This document shows positions 1 through 16,822 of a DNA stretch of 64,000 nucleotides, piece by piece. The stretch lies in contig CAWEMK010000001.1 of the NCBI GenBank assembly GCA_963810125.1, positions 86,694-150,693 on the forward strand, written 5' to 3'. The first letter of the stretch is position 1; each line of letters begins with the position of its first letter. The position numbers were made by a program, and so were the translations under genes. Origin of the DNA: an uncultured Alphaproteobacteria bacterium. GTDB taxonomy: Bacteria > Pseudomonadota > Alphaproteobacteria > Rhizobiales > Xanthobacteraceae. The notes below the pieces were generated by a model. The model had not been told where the DNA came from and did no database searches. It saw only the letters and a list, made by a program, of their open reading frames with translations.

Positions 1-725
1 GCGCCACCGCCGTTCGCTTTGCCGAGGAAGGCGCCAAAATATTCGCCGTCGATCGCGATCTCGACAGCGTCACGGAAACCGTCGAGCGCGTGAAAAAAAT
101 CGGCGGCGAGATCGTCACGCATCAGTGCGACGTGACCGGTGCTGCGTCGGTCGACGTCATGGTGAAGACCTGCCTCGATCGTTTTGGCCGCATCGACATC
201 CTGGTCAACAATGTCGGCGGGTCGGCGCATGGCGGCCCGGTTGAATTGAGTGAAGATGTCTGGGACGCGCAGGTCGATTCCAACCTGAAAAGCATCTTTC
301 TCACCCTGAAGCACGTACTGCCGGTGATGGAGCGTCAGAAAAGCGGCGCGATCGTCAATGTCGCATCGACATCCGGCCTGCGCTGGACCGGTTCCGCGCA
401 AGTCGGTTATGCGGCGACCAAAGCTGGTGTGATCCAGCTGTCGCGCGTGGTCGCCGTGCAATATGCGGCGAAAGGAATTCGCGTCAATTCCGTGGTGCCG
501 GGGCAACTCCATACGCCAATGGTCGAAACGCGCCTTGCCAAGCAACGCGCGGGCGGAGATGTCGAAGCGCTGCTGAAATCGCGGCTCGACCGCATCCCGC
601 TTGGCTTTATGGGCGACGGGCAGGACACCGCCAATGCCGCGCTGTTCCTTGTGTCCGACGAGGCACGGTTCATTACCGGAACGGAGATCGTGGTGGATGG
701 CGGCATGGTCGCGCGCTGCGATTAG
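1..725 (+). CDS. short-chain dehydrogenase/reductase (SDR family); 5' end lies outside the window
   Basis: ORF 90..725 stays open upstream to base 3 in the same frame (ATAVRFAEEGAKIFAVDRD...). Classical SDR motifs NNVGG, YAATK (YxxxK) and PG are visible in the translation. Confidence 0.85.
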   Translation, partial: ATAVRFAEEGAKIFAVDRDLDSVTETVERVKKIGGEIVTHQCDVTGAASVDVMVKTCLDRFGRIDILVNNVGGSAHGGPVELSEDVWDAQVDSNLKSIFLTLKHVLPVMERQKSGAIVNVASTSGLRWTGSAQVGYAATKAGVIQLSRVVAVQYAAKGIRVNSVVPGQLHTPMVETRLAKQRAGGDVEALLKSRLDRIPLGFMGDGQDTANAALFLVSDEARFITGTEIVVDGGMVARCD

Positions 726-966
726 GACGCCTTTCGGCTACCGCAAAACGTCGACCACCGTGGCCACCAGCACGATCGACCCCATGCCGGCGAACGTAAT
801 GATTGCCGACGCCCGGCCGACGACAGCACAGCAATTGTTGAATGTGGATCTGATCTGCATGACGCAGGTATAGGCCTCACACGCACAGACCCTGCGTGAG
901 CCGGCTCACACTCATGAAAAAAGAAGGCGTCCGCCGCCCCCGCCCCGTCAACAGTGGTATTCGGCT

Positions 967-1968
967 CTACCGGTTAAGCCACCGCCGCGCGAAGCCGAGC
1001 AGGCCCTGCGGCAGGAAAATGATCATCGCAATGAAGATAAACCCGAGCGGGACGAGATAAGGGAACTGATCGCCGAAGATGCGCGCCATCAGTTCGCGCA
1101 GCAGCTGGAAAAACCCCGCGCCGACGATCGGACCGACCAGCGTGCCGATGCCGCCCAGGACGTTGAAGATCACGGTGTCGCCGGAGGTGATGAAATAGAC
1201 GAAATCCGGCGCGGCGAATTCGTTCTGGATCGCGTAAAGCACTCCGGCAAGCCCGGCGAACAATCCCGACAGCATGACCGACGCGATCTTGTAGCGCTCG
1301 ACCGGATAGCCGATCGCGCGCGTGCGAGCCTCGTTCTCGCGGATCGATTGCAACACCATGCCGAACGGCGATTGCGTTACCCGCCGCAAAATCAAATAGG
1401 ATCCTGTCACCACCGCCAATACGAACCAGTGCATGGTCGAGGACGTAAAGCGTATGTCGACGAGGAATGGAATTGAGAAATGCGGCCGCGTGAAGATCAG
1501 CCCGTTCTCGCCGCCGGTGACCGCCGTCCAGGTAAAGATAATGACATAGAAGATCTGGCTGAAGATCAGCGTGGTGATGGCGAAATAGATGTCGCGCAGG
1601 CGGGTGGAAAAATAAGCCACGAACAGGGCGACGATCGCGGCCCCGATCAATCCAAACGCTATCGCCAGCCAGAGATTGGGCGGGCTAAAGAGCAAGAGCG
1701 CGGCCGCCGCGCCATACATGCCTAGGCCGAAAAACGCCGAGTGGCCAAAGGAAATCATGCCGGTGTATCCGATCAGCAGGTCGGACGACATCGCCAGCAG
1801 CCCCCAGACCAGAACTTCGGTCAGGAAGCGGCGCCAGAATTCCGGCAGCACCAGCGGTGCGACGATCAGCACCGCCATCACAGCGCAAAAGCTGATCCAG
1901 TAAACGGCGGTGTGGCTCAATCCGGCTTTTTTGAGCGGCATTGCTTTATCGAGGGGCGCGGTTGTCAT
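967..1968 (-). CDS. branched-chain amino acid-type ABC transporter permease (LivM-like)
   Basis: 333-aa polytopic hydrophobic protein, last gene of a 5-gene minus-strand ABC operon. Its ATG overlaps the upstream stop (ATGA at 1965-1968). Confidence 0.85.
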   Translation of the reverse strand: MTTAPLDKAMPLKKAGLSHTAVYWISFCAVMAVLIVAPLVLPEFWRRFLTEVLVWGLLAMSSDLLIGYTGMISFGHSAFFGLGMYGAAAALLLFSPPNLWLAIAFGLIGAAIVALFVAYFSTRLRDIYFAITTLIFSQIFYVIIFTWTAVTGGENGLIFTRPHFSIPFLVDIRFTSSTMHWFVLAVVTGSYLILRRVTQSPFGMVLQSIRENEARTRAIGYPVERYKIASVMLSGLFAGLAGVLYAIQNEFAAPDFVYFITSGDTVIFNVLGGIGTLVGPIVGAGFFQLLRELMARIFGDQFPYLVPLGFIFIAMIIFLPQGLLGFARRWLNR

Positions 1969-2852
1969 TTCGGTGTCGGAACGAAAAGACCGGTGGGACG
2001 GAACAGAAGCGTGAGGATCAGCACGACGAACGAGACGATGACCGCCTGCGACGGGTTCACCCAGATCGAGGCATAGGATTCAAGCAGACTGATGAAGATC
2101 GCAGCCGCGATCGAGCCGCCGAGATTGCCCATGCCGCCGACCACCACCACGATGAAGGCTTTGAGCACCCAATCGAGGCCCATGGTGTGGCTGACGCCGG
2201 CGAGCGGCGCGAACAGAACGCCGCTTGCCGCGGCGAGACCCGCCCCGATCGCAAAGACGCCGGTGTAGACCCACGGCACAGGGATACCCATGGCCTGCGC
2301 CATCACGCGGTCCTGCGTGGTCGCCCTGATCCAGATTCCGTATTTGCCGTGTTTCAGGAAAAGCCAGAAGCCGCCGATGATGAGCGCTGAGAGAACTGCG
2401 ATCAGAATCCGGTACCAGGGATATTCGAGATAAAACAAATTGAAATGCGCGGTGATCGGCTCGCTGATTTTCCGCGACACCGGTCCGAACTGCCAAAGCA
2501 CATAGTTTTGCAGGATCAGCGAAATCCCGAAGGTGGCGAGGATCGTGGTCAGGGGGTCGCGGCCGATCAGCGGCCGTAGCGTGACGATCTGCATCGCGGC
2601 GCCGAGGATCGCGACCACCAGCGCGGCCAGCACGAGCGCGAGCCAGAAACTTCCCGTCGCTGTCAGCACGATGACGCCGATATAGGCGCCGAGCATGAAC
2701 AATTCGCCGTGCGCGAAATTTACCACGTCCATGATGCCGAAAATCAGCGTCAGGCCCGAGGCAACCAGCGCCAGGATCATGCCGGTGACGATGCCGTTCA
2801 TCGTCTGGATGATGATCTGGTCGTAGGGAATGGATTGGAAAAACTGGACCAC
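1965..2852 (-). CDS. branched-chain amino acid-type ABC transporter permease (LivH-like)
   Basis: 295-aa polytopic membrane protein with a LivH-like N-terminus (IIQTMNGIVTGMILALVASGLTLIFG). It sits between the ATPases and the second permease. Confidence 0.85.
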   Translation of the reverse strand: MVQFFQSIPYDQIIIQTMNGIVTGMILALVASGLTLIFGIMDVVNFAHGELFMLGAYIGVIVLTATGSFWLALVLAALVVAILGAAMQIVTLRPLIGRDPLTTILATFGISLILQNYVLWQFGPVSRKISEPITAHFNLFYLEYPWYRILIAVLSALIIGGFWLFLKHGKYGIWIRATTQDRVMAQAMGIPVPWVYTGVFAIGAGLAAASGVLFAPLAGVSHTMGLDWVLKAFIVVVVGGMGNLGGSIAAAIFISLLESYASIWVNPSQAVIVSFVVLILTLLFRPTGLFVPTPK

Positions 2853-2855
2853 GCG

Positions 2856-3593
2856 CTACACCCCTAAATATTGCTTGATAACCGGATCGTGCACGTCGAT
2901 TTCAGAGGCAGCGCAGTGGTGGCGCACCTGCCCCTTTTCCATGATGTAGACGCGCTGGCTCGCCGCGAGCGTCAGCGGCACGTTTTGTTCGACCAGCAGG
3001 ATGGCGACATCTTCCGTGTGCAGGATTTCGATGATGTTCTGGATCTGGGAGACCATGCGCGGCATCAGGCCTTCGGTCGGCTCGTCGAGCAGGATGATTT
3101 TAGGTTCAAGCATCATGGCGCGCGCGATCGCGAGCATCTGCTGCTCGCCACCGGAGAGCGTGCCGCCGGCCTGGTTGCGCCGCTCGGCCAACACCGGAAA
3201 ATAAGTGAAGACCTTGTCGAGCAGCGCGCGTTTTTTCTCGTCCGTCACGCCGTCGCGATCGAGCCCGGTGCGCAGATTTTCCATCACGGTAAGCAGACGA
3301 AAGATACGCCGGTCTTCCGGGACATAGCCAATGCCGAGTCGCGCCACCTTGTGCGACGGCATGTCGGTGATCGGATTGCCTTCGAGCATCACTTTGCCCT
3401 GGCTCGGGTGCACCAGGCCCATGATGGTCTTCAGGGTCGTCGATTTGCCGACGCCGTTGCGGCCGAGCAGGCCGACCACTTCGCCGGGCCCTACCGTGAG
3501 CGAGACGCCGTGCAGGATGTGACTCTTGCCGTAATAGGTGTGCACATCCTCGACCAGGACGAGTGGCGCACCGCTCGATGCCATCGCACTCAT
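2856..3593 (-). CDS. ABC transporter ATP-binding protein (LivF-like)
   Basis: Walker A GRNGVGKST, signature LSGGEQQ, Walker B ILLDEP. The start overlaps the upstream stop (ATGA at 3590-3593). Confidence 0.9.
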   Translation of the reverse strand: MSAMASSGAPLVLVEDVHTYYGKSHILHGVSLTVGPGEVVGLLGRNGVGKSTTLKTIMGLVHPSQGKVMLEGNPITDMPSHKVARLGIGYVPEDRRIFRLLTVMENLRTGLDRDGVTDEKKRALLDKVFTYFPVLAERRNQAGGTLSGGEQQMLAIARAMMLEPKIILLDEPTEGLMPRMVSQIQNIIEILHTEDVAILLVEQNVPLTLAASQRVYIMEKGQVRHHCAASEIDVHDPVIKQYLGV

Positions 3594-4384
3594 GTCTTGA
3601 GATAAACCTCCAGCACTTTGGGGTTTTGCTGGATTTCCTCGGGCGTACCTTCCGCCAGGATCGAGCCGTAGTGCAATACCGTGATGCGGTCGGCGAGCTC
3701 CATCACCACGTCCATGTCGTGTTCGACGATCAGAATCGTGTGCTGTTTTGCGATCCGCTGCACCAAACGCAGCGTATCAGCGGTCTCGGCCGCGCTCATG
3801 CCGGCTGTCGGCTCATCGAGGCACAACAGCGCCGGTTCGGTGGCAAGCGCGATGCCGATCTCGAGATTGCGTTGCTCGCCATGGGATAGATTGGCGGCCA
3901 GTTCCTCTGCTTTCGACAAAAGCCCCACGGAGTCGAGCGCGGCCTCCGCCTTTTCCCGGATGTCCCTGAAATCGCTGTGATGCCGAACCATGTTCCAGGC
4001 ATGGCGGCGCGATTGCGCGGCGATGCGGACATTTTCCAGCACCGTCGCGTTCGGCATGATGTTGGTGATCTGGTAAGAGCGCGCGATGCCCTTCTGCGAG
4101 ATCATGTTGGGCGGCAGACCGGTGATCTCCTCACCGTTAAACAGGATCCGTCCAGCGGTCGGCCGCAACACGCCGGTCAGGCAATTGAAGAACGTGCTCT
4201 TGCCGGCGCCGTTCGGCCCGATGATGGCGCGGACTTCGTCGCGCTGAACTTCGAAATTGACCTGGGAAAGCGCGGCCAAGCCGCCGAATCGGACGGTCAA
4301 CAGCTCGGTCTTCAGGATCGGAGCCGACGCAGCTCCCCGGCTGCTCGCCGGGGAGCTTATGTCGGTTACGGCTTGCGCGCTCAC
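3590..4384 (-). CDS. ABC transporter ATP-binding protein (LivG-like)
   Basis: Walker A GPNGAGKST, signature LSHGEQR, Walker B LLCLDEP. It abuts the binding-protein gene. Confidence 0.9.
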   Translation of the reverse strand: MSAQAVTDISSPASSRGAASAPILKTELLTVRFGGLAALSQVNFEVQRDEVRAIIGPNGAGKSTFFNCLTGVLRPTAGRILFNGEEITGLPPNMISQKGIARSYQITNIMPNATVLENVRIAAQSRRHAWNMVRHHSDFRDIREKAEAALDSVGLLSKAEELAANLSHGEQRNLEIGIALATEPALLCLDEPTAGMSAAETADTLRLVQRIAKQHTILIVEHDMDVVMELADRITVLHYGSILAEGTPEEIQQNPKVLEVYLKT

Positions 4385-5686
4385 TTACGTGGTAGCGAAC
4401 TTGCAGGCCGGCGGCACAACTGTCTTCTCACCCGCAACGGTCTCGAGCAGGTGATGCTTGCCGCCTTTGATGTCGAAGATGAACTGGCGGATGAACGCCT
4501 GGTGATCTTCCTTGCGGATGACGCCACCACCCTGCGGGAAGTCATCACCCGCAGGCATCACCAGGCCTTCCAGCGCTTCGATCAGCTTCATCGTGTCCTG
4601 GCGGCCCTCGAACTTCGACTTCTCCATGCCGAGCTTGAGCGCGTTGACGGACTCGTAGTTCGACTGAACGTAGCGGTCCGGCAGCGGGCCCGACGGATCG
4701 ACCTTGGCGAGACGCACCTTGGCTTCGTCGAAGAACTTGTGCAGCGCCGGCGTATCGAGCGCGCCCTCGAATATCGGGATATACCGGTTGATGCCGACGA
4801 AGCCCTCGATCTTGTTGCCGAGCGCCGGCAGGTTGACCGATTCCGCGATCGCGCCGTCGCCCGCCCATTTGTATTTCTTGGTAAGGCCAAGATCGAAAGC
4901 CTGGTTGCCGATGGTGATGCCGTCTTTGCCGAAGAAGATGCCGAACAGCCCGTCGAACTCACCCTGGATCTTCGACAGGAACGGCGTCATGTCGGCGGTG
5001 CCAAGCGGAATGCCGGTGGTGCCGACAACTTCGCCGCCGAGCTTCTTGATCTCCGCCGCATAGGCGTCGCGCGTCGACTGGCCCCACGAGTAGTCGGCAA
5101 AGGCAATGTGCCACTTCTTGCCCATCTTGTTGACGAGATAGGGCGCGATCGCCACGGCCTGCGCGGGAGCAAATTCGTAGGTCCGGAAGCTGTACCGATT
5201 GCATTTCGTGGTGGTCAGCGTGGTGTCGAGACACACGCTGATCATGTTGACGACTTTGTTTTCCTCGAATTGCGGCATGCAGGCGAGGCAGATGTTGGAG
5301 AGGAAGCCGCCGACGTGCACGTCGACCTTGTCTTCGACCAGCAATTTTTCGGTCTTGCGGCGGCCGACGTCCGGTTTGGATTCATCGTCGACGATGATCA
5401 CCTCAAGCGGCCGGCCATTGACGCCGCCGGAACTGTTGATGCGGTCGATCGCCATCTGCAGGCCGACCACCGCGGTCTTGCCGCCCAGCGCGGCTGCGCC
5501 AGAGAGCGGCTGCAAGGAACCGATCTTGTAAGGCGCCGCCGCACCGAAAGCCGCGCGCCATGGCGCCGGCACCAGCATGGCCGCGCCCAGCGCGCCGCCG
5601 CCCCACCCGACCAATGTGCGACGCGTCACCTTGCCGCTGTACCAGATGTCCTGCGCCCAGGCTTCGTCTTTCCATTTTTCAGTCAT
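4385..5686 (-). CDS. ABC transporter periplasmic substrate-binding protein (Leu/Ile/Val-binding protein family)
   Basis: 433 aa. N-terminal twin-arginine-like signal (TRRTLVGWGGGALGAAMLVPAP). YKIGSLQPLSGAAA...INSSGGVNGRPLEVII is typical of type I periplasmic binding proteins. First gene of the operon. Confidence 0.85.
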   Translation of the reverse strand: MTEKWKDEAWAQDIWYSGKVTRRTLVGWGGGALGAAMLVPAPWRAAFGAAAPYKIGSLQPLSGAAALGGKTAVVGLQMAIDRINSSGGVNGRPLEVIIVDDESKPDVGRRKTEKLLVEDKVDVHVGGFLSNICLACMPQFEENKVVNMISVCLDTTLTTTKCNRYSFRTYEFAPAQAVAIAPYLVNKMGKKWHIAFADYSWGQSTRDAYAAEIKKLGGEVVGTTGIPLGTADMTPFLSKIQGEFDGLFGIFFGKDGITIGNQAFDLGLTKKYKWAGDGAIAESVNLPALGNKIEGFVGINRYIPIFEGALDTPALHKFFDEAKVRLAKVDPSGPLPDRYVQSNYESVNALKLGMEKSKFEGRQDTMKLIEALEGLVMPAGDDFPQGGGVIRKEDHQAFIRQFIFDIKGGKHHLLETVAGEKTVVPPACKFATT

Positions 5687-5997
5687 AGCTGTCCCTCCCT
5701 CAGGATGTCATGTGAACGAATTGAAAAGCGCGACGCCCCACGCTGCCGCGCGAGCCGATGACCGCACGCCCCGGCGTGACGGTACAAGACATTACAAATC
5801 CTCCCCTGCCGGCCCTTGGCGGACTCTTGCAATTGATCCCGTAAGCAAACGCGATCCCGCCACAAGTTTCAACCGCAATCTGCCTATGGATGCAGGGCCA
5901 ACTCACATGGTCGTATGCTGCCCGGGAAATGAGCAAGCACGCTCGAATGTCGAGACATCCGATGCTAGGCTTGCTGCGACAAAACTGGACCAAACCA

Positions 5998-6810
5998 ATG
6001 GCCGTTACACCCCTGCGCCGAGACGACAAACCCGCAGCCGGCAGCGGGCTGGCCGCCAGGCTTGCCATTCGCGCCGGACATCGCGCACCGACCGCCGGCC
6101 TCGCACCCGGCTATGTGCAGGGCAATCTCGCCATTCTGCCAAAAGCACTCGCGGCCGATTTTTTGCGCTTCTGCCAACTCAATCCCAAGCCATGCCCGGT
6201 GATCGGCACGTCGGAGCCGGGTGACTGGCGGGTGCCGGACCTCGGCGAAGATCTCGACATCCGCACCGATCTGCCGCGCTATCGCGTCTGGAAAAATGGC
6301 GAGCTGGTGGCCGAGCCGTATGATGTGCGCGAATTCTGGCGCGACGACCTGGTGAGTTTTGTGATCGGCTGTTCGTTTTCGTTCGAGGAAGCGCTGGTGT
6401 CGGAAGGCATCGAGTTGCGGCACATCGTGCGTGGCTGTAACGTTCCGATGTACCGCACATCGATCGCAACGCACGCGGCCGGGCCGTTCCACGGTCCGAT
6501 GGTGGTGTCGATGCGTCCGATGACGCCGAAAGACGCGATCCGCGCCGTCCAGATCACGACGCGCTTTCCGGCGGTGCATGGCGCTCCGGTGCATATCGGC
6601 AAGCCGGAACTGATCGGCATCAAGGATATCATGAAGCCCGATTACGGCGACGCGGTCGAAGTCCGCGACGACGAGATGCCGGTGTTCTGGGCCTGCGGTG
6701 TCACGCCGCAATCGGTGATCGCGACGGTGAAGCCGGATTTCTGCATTACGCATTATCCCGGCAGCATGCTGGTGACGGATCGCAAGAATACCGAATTTGC
6801 GATTATGTGA
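5998..6810 (+). CDS. putative hydro-lyase, UPF0317/DUF1445 family
   Basis: ORF 5890..6810. Family-like N-terminal region ([28 protein letters not shown]...[12 protein letters not shown]). Start placed at Met37 to give 270 aa; the start is uncertain. Confidence 0.65.
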   Translation: MAVTPLRRDDKPAAGSGLAARLAIRAGHRAPTAGLAPGYVQGNLAILPKALAADFLRFCQLNPKPCPVIGTSEPGDWRVPDLGEDLDIRTDLPRYRVWKNGELVAEPYDVREFWRDDLVSFVIGCSFSFEEALVSEGIELRHIVRGCNVPMYRTSIATHAAGPFHGPMVVSMRPMTPKDAIRAVQITTRFPAVHGAPVHIGKPELIGIKDIMKPDYGDAVEVRDDEMPVFWACGVTPQSVIATVKPDFCITHYPGSMLVTDRKNTEFAIM

Positions 6811-6864
6811 GACTTCGTCATTCCGGGACGGCGCGCAGCGGCCGGCGAATGTCCCGGCAATCTG

Positions 6865-7911
6865 CTAGGATGGCAACCCGTGCATTATGATCTGGATGTC
6901 CGGCACAAGTCCGGCTGACAACTGTCGGCGCGCCCGCTCGGAACGCAGGGCAATGCACGCCGCATCCCGCGCTGCGTTCTTGTCGAGCAAGCCCGCCTCG
7001 ATCAAAGCTTGACGGATGCGCGCGATTTCCGCGCGCTCGATCTTGACCAGCGGCGGACGCACCACCGCGCGCGGCAGCTTGCCGAGCAGCACCAGCGCTT
7101 CCTTCATGCGGTTGTGCATGTCGACGAACGGATCGGCATAAAACACGCGCGCCATCGGTTCGATGCGCTCGTTCAGCCGCCTGGCTTCGGCGAGATCATT
7201 GGCCTGCACGGCGCGGAACAGTTTGGCCTGCAAATCGGCGATCACGCTGCCCGAACCCGACAGCAGGCCATTCGGGCCAAGCACCAGCGATGCAAACAGC
7301 CACGAACTATGCGTGGTGAGCACGTTCACCGGCCGCGGCAAATTTTGCAGCGTGCGGATATGCCATTCGTGATGCGGCACGTTGCCGATCCAGTCCTTGA
7401 TGGCGCGGATCGACGGCACCTGCTCGCACATCTTCAGCAAGGTCTCCTTCGGATAGCCTTGGCCGGTTGCGAGCGGATACTGGAACACGATCAGCGGAAG
7501 GTCGGTAGCGTCGGCGATGTGTTTGACATGCGCGAGCGCCATCGCGGGCGACTGGCCGAGCGTGAACGGAGCCGGCGGGAAAACGAGCAGCGCCGACGCC
7601 CCGCCCTGCTCTGCCATGCGCGCGATGCGCGCGGCCTCGATGCTGCCATCGGCCCAGATGCCGTTGACCAACGGCAGCCTGGCGCCAACCTCGTCCTGCG
7701 CAATGTCGAGGATGCGCCGCTGCTCATCGAAGGTGCAGGAGGCAACCTCGGTCGAATGGGCATTGATCGTGATGGCCGAGAGCCCCTCGGTCGCCGCAAC
7801 ATCCCGCAGATGCTTGCGGAAATTTTGCTCGTCGATCGCAAGATCATTGTCGAACGGCAACAGCACCGCCGGGATGACGCCGTGTGGACTATAGGTTTTG
7901 TGCCGTGCCAT
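6865..7911 (-). CDS. dihydrodipicolinate synthase/N-acetylneuraminate lyase family aldolase
   Basis: 348 aa. DapA-family N-terminus (GVIPAVLLPFDNDLAIDEQNFRKHLRDV...ITINAHSTEV). Convergent with the DUF1445 gene. Confidence 0.75.
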   Translation of the reverse strand: MARHKTYSPHGVIPAVLLPFDNDLAIDEQNFRKHLRDVAATEGLSAITINAHSTEVASCTFDEQRRILDIAQDEVGARLPLVNGIWADGSIEAARIARMAEQGGASALLVFPPAPFTLGQSPAMALAHVKHIADATDLPLIVFQYPLATGQGYPKETLLKMCEQVPSIRAIKDWIGNVPHHEWHIRTLQNLPRPVNVLTTHSSWLFASLVLGPNGLLSGSGSVIADLQAKLFRAVQANDLAEARRLNERIEPMARVFYADPFVDMHNRMKEALVLLGKLPRAVVRPPLVKIERAEIARIRQALIEAGLLDKNAARDAACIALRSERARRQLSAGLVPDIQIIMHGLPS

Positions 7912-7959
7912 CGCCCCTCTCCGGTTTCAGGTCGCCGCTCTCGTCCGCGTCCCAACGTT

Positions 7960-9888
7960 CTAGCCGCTGGCGCGCGCTGGTCGGCGCCGTTCGTGGAACC
8001 AGGGGCGATACTTCGCCATCTTTGCGCGCTGCGCCCCCGATGCAAGATGCTTGCAAGTTGCGGCTTCGTCGCTCTTTTCCGCCGCACCCCACCGTAACTC
8101 GACGCAATCGTTCAAATTATAGGCCATCTCCAGTGCCCCCACGCGGTCGAGCACGTCCCTGAGTGCAAGTGTCCAGGGGGACCCATCGGTACGCGTGTAT
8201 GAGAACTTTCGAGCCGAAAGCTCGGACCCGAGAACGCTTTGCAATTCAGCCTTCACATCCGAGACGCTTTTGCCTGCCGGCATCGCGTAGCGCTCGGGAA
8301 GCCGCGCAACCCGATCAGGAAATCCCCGCACCACGTCAATTGCAATCAGCAGACGCAGATCGCGCGCCGGCGTCGCAAAATCCTCCCAGGCGCCGATCGT
8401 CTCGAAGATCGCCGCGCCATCGGGCATGGTCGCCTCGCCGCGCGCGGTGGTCAGGAATTTCCGGCCGTTTTCGACCGACGTTACGCGCGCCTTCACCTGC
8501 TCATCGAGCGCAGCGACCGCCTCCTTCATCGCACGCAAAGGATCGAGCGGCTCCGGCGACATCACGTCATCCATGCGGTCATAGAAATCTTCGACCCCAA
8601 GCTTGCCCTGCTCGAGCGAAAAATCGCCGTACTGCGGATTCTTTGCGATCTCGGCATTGGTCAACCGGCGCAAGCCGCCGCTTTGGTCCTTCACAATCGG
8701 CCGGAAGCGCTTGAACCCGGGGCCCCCGAGCGCGGGGTCCTGCGCGAACAGAAAATTGCCGCGCCAGAAACGCTTGCGCGCGACCGTGCCGTCGGGCTGC
8801 GCATCGACCGCAAAAATAACGCCCGCCGCGTCGCTGGTTTGCGCGATACGCTTTGCGATCATCAACACGTGCCCATAAGGATCGGCGTAGACAGTGCCCG
8901 GTCGCAGCGTCTCTTGCGTCAGCGCTACGGGGTAATAGTCAGTGTTTTCATCGCCCAGCGGCGTGCGTGCCGATCCGGAATGCACCGCGTCGGCGACGGT
9001 CGACTGCACAAAATGGCCGAACGACGCCGCGAGCCCCCCCGATTTCGGCGCGGCTCCGCTCGACGCGGTTTTTTGTTCGTTCGATGAAGCGCGCGCCGCT
9101 TCGAGGTTCTGCGTGCTGAACCACTGGAAGCATTTCGGCGGCTGGCCGCCTCCACCGCGCGAGCACTTCGCGTAGCCGAATGGCAGGCCCATCTTGAATG
9201 CGAAATAGGCGCGCAGGAAATACGGCAGGTCGGCGCAGTCGGGGCGAATGACAAGTCCCATCTGGTCTTCGTTCAGGCCCAAATGGTTGAACAGTGCATT
9301 GCGCGACTGATCACGCAGCACTTCGTGCAATGCCTTCCACGACAGCGTTGCGTCGAGCGGCGCATCAAAGAGTTTCTCGATCCATGCGGAGAAAAGGTTT
9401 TCCGTCGCGCGATTCCACGAATTGTGGATCGGCCAGACGCTTCCCGAAGTTGCTCCGGGCGATGGCGGCCTGTCATCGCGCACAGCAATCTCGCGCGTAA
9501 TCGTGCCGCACCCGGCCGAAGCGCCGGAGAGCGTCACATGCCAGGCCCCGGCGGCGGGCGCCGCAACCTCTGCGAACCAGAAATAGGGCGGCCCGCCATG
9601 GCGATCGCGCGACCGGACGGCGACGCGACCGTCGGGTGCAATCAATGAAAGTTCGCCGTCGAGCGGTTTCTCCGCCGTGAAAATTACGCGCAGCGGCGCG
9701 CCCTTCCACGGCACGACCGGCGACGGCAGGACCGCTATGCCGGCGGCATCGCCACAGGCGCCCGATGCGGTTTGGGCGCGCGCCTCAATGCCGGAAAAAA
9801 GGGGGACGAAAAATGCGCCCGCGATCAGCAGCGATGCCGTCACGGCAGCAGGACGTCGGTGCATTCGAAGCAAGTGAGCTCTCCCCAT
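7960..9888 (-). CDS. large secreted hypothetical protein
   Basis: ORF 7960..9975. An internal Met (9888 or 9864) precedes a clear signal peptide (RRPAAVTASLLIAGAFFVPLFSGIEARAQT). I recognise no domain. Confidence 0.6.
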   Translation of the reverse strand: MGRAHLLRMHRRPAAVTASLLIAGAFFVPLFSGIEARAQTASGACGDAAGIAVLPSPVVPWKGAPLRVIFTAEKPLDGELSLIAPDGRVAVRSRDRHGGPPYFWFAEVAAPAAGAWHVTLSGASAGCGTITREIAVRDDRPPSPGATSGSVWPIHNSWNRATENLFSAWIEKLFDAPLDATLSWKALHEVLRDQSRNALFNHLGLNEDQMGLVIRPDCADLPYFLRAYFAFKMGLPFGYAKCSRGGGGQPPKCFQWFSTQNLEAARASSNEQKTASSGAAPKSGGLAASFGHFVQSTVADAVHSGSARTPLGDENTDYYPVALTQETLRPGTVYADPYGHVLMIAKRIAQTSDAAGVIFAVDAQPDGTVARKRFWRGNFLFAQDPALGGPGFKRFRPIVKDQSGGLRRLTNAEIAKNPQYGDFSLEQGKLGVEDFYDRMDDVMSPEPLDPLRAMKEAVAALDEQVKARVTSVENGRKFLTTARGEATMPDGAAIFETIGAWEDFATPARDLRLLIAIDVVRGFPDRVARLPERYAMPAGKSVSDVKAELQSVLGSELSARKFSYTRTDGSPWTLALRDVLDRVGALEMAYNLNDCVELRWGAAEKSDEAATCKHLASGAQRAKMAKYRPWFHERRRPARASG

Positions 9889-10490
9889 TGCCGTCCCGTG
9901 GCCGTCCCCTGGCCACCCCTTGGCGGCAATTCCACAATATTGCGAAGGCTTTGGCTGAATCGTGGCAGAATCCATCGCCGGGCCGAATTTCAGGATACCG
10001 CATTGGCCGGACTCAGTCAGTGGCTCGCACCGCGATTATGCGAGCGGCCGCCCAGCGATCGAAGGCTCTCGCAGGGTGCATATCCGCGCCGGATCGCCGG
10101 CGACATTCTTTCTTTCGCGCTGCAGCGCGCAATTAGAAGAATGTTGGGCCAGTCTTTATGTATTTTTTTGCTCTATCCGCATTTCTGGCCGACGCGCTCG
10201 GCGTCTATTTTTTCAATAAATTCAATCGTATAGGCAAGATCAGCCGCTGGTACAAAGACACCCCGCCCGCGGAACTTTTTTTTAATTAGCGGATTTAATT
10301 GCTGGCGGGCGCTCCAGCGTGACTTGCTGGCGCGGGCGGGAGGGTCAAGTCTCTGCCCTACATAAGATGAAGAACGAACATGGCATTGCGGCTGCGGTAC
10401 CTGCGGTGGCTGGCCATGTCATTCGGAACTTATCGCCTCTCTGGCGCGTGCAAATGCGCCGGATGACTGTGCGCTATTCGGGAGGGGTTG

Positions 10491-16809
<6,319 letters not shown>

Positions 16810-16822
16810 CCGCGAGGACGTC

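Noticed and set aside
3977-5761. 594-aa plus-strand ORF, the longest ORF in the first 6 kb.
   Set aside because: It is antisense to the ABC ATPase and binding-protein genes, which carry clear Walker and binding-protein motifs. Its translation is Arg/Ala/Asp-rich without motifs, a typical high-GC shadow ORF.
10425-10450. GGAAC-N16-GCGT / N17-CGTG box 40 nt upstream of the poly-HAMP kinase start, as a possible EcfG promoter.
   Set aside because: The -10 element does not match CGTT at either spacing. A lone GGAAC is expected by chance, so it is kept only as a note.
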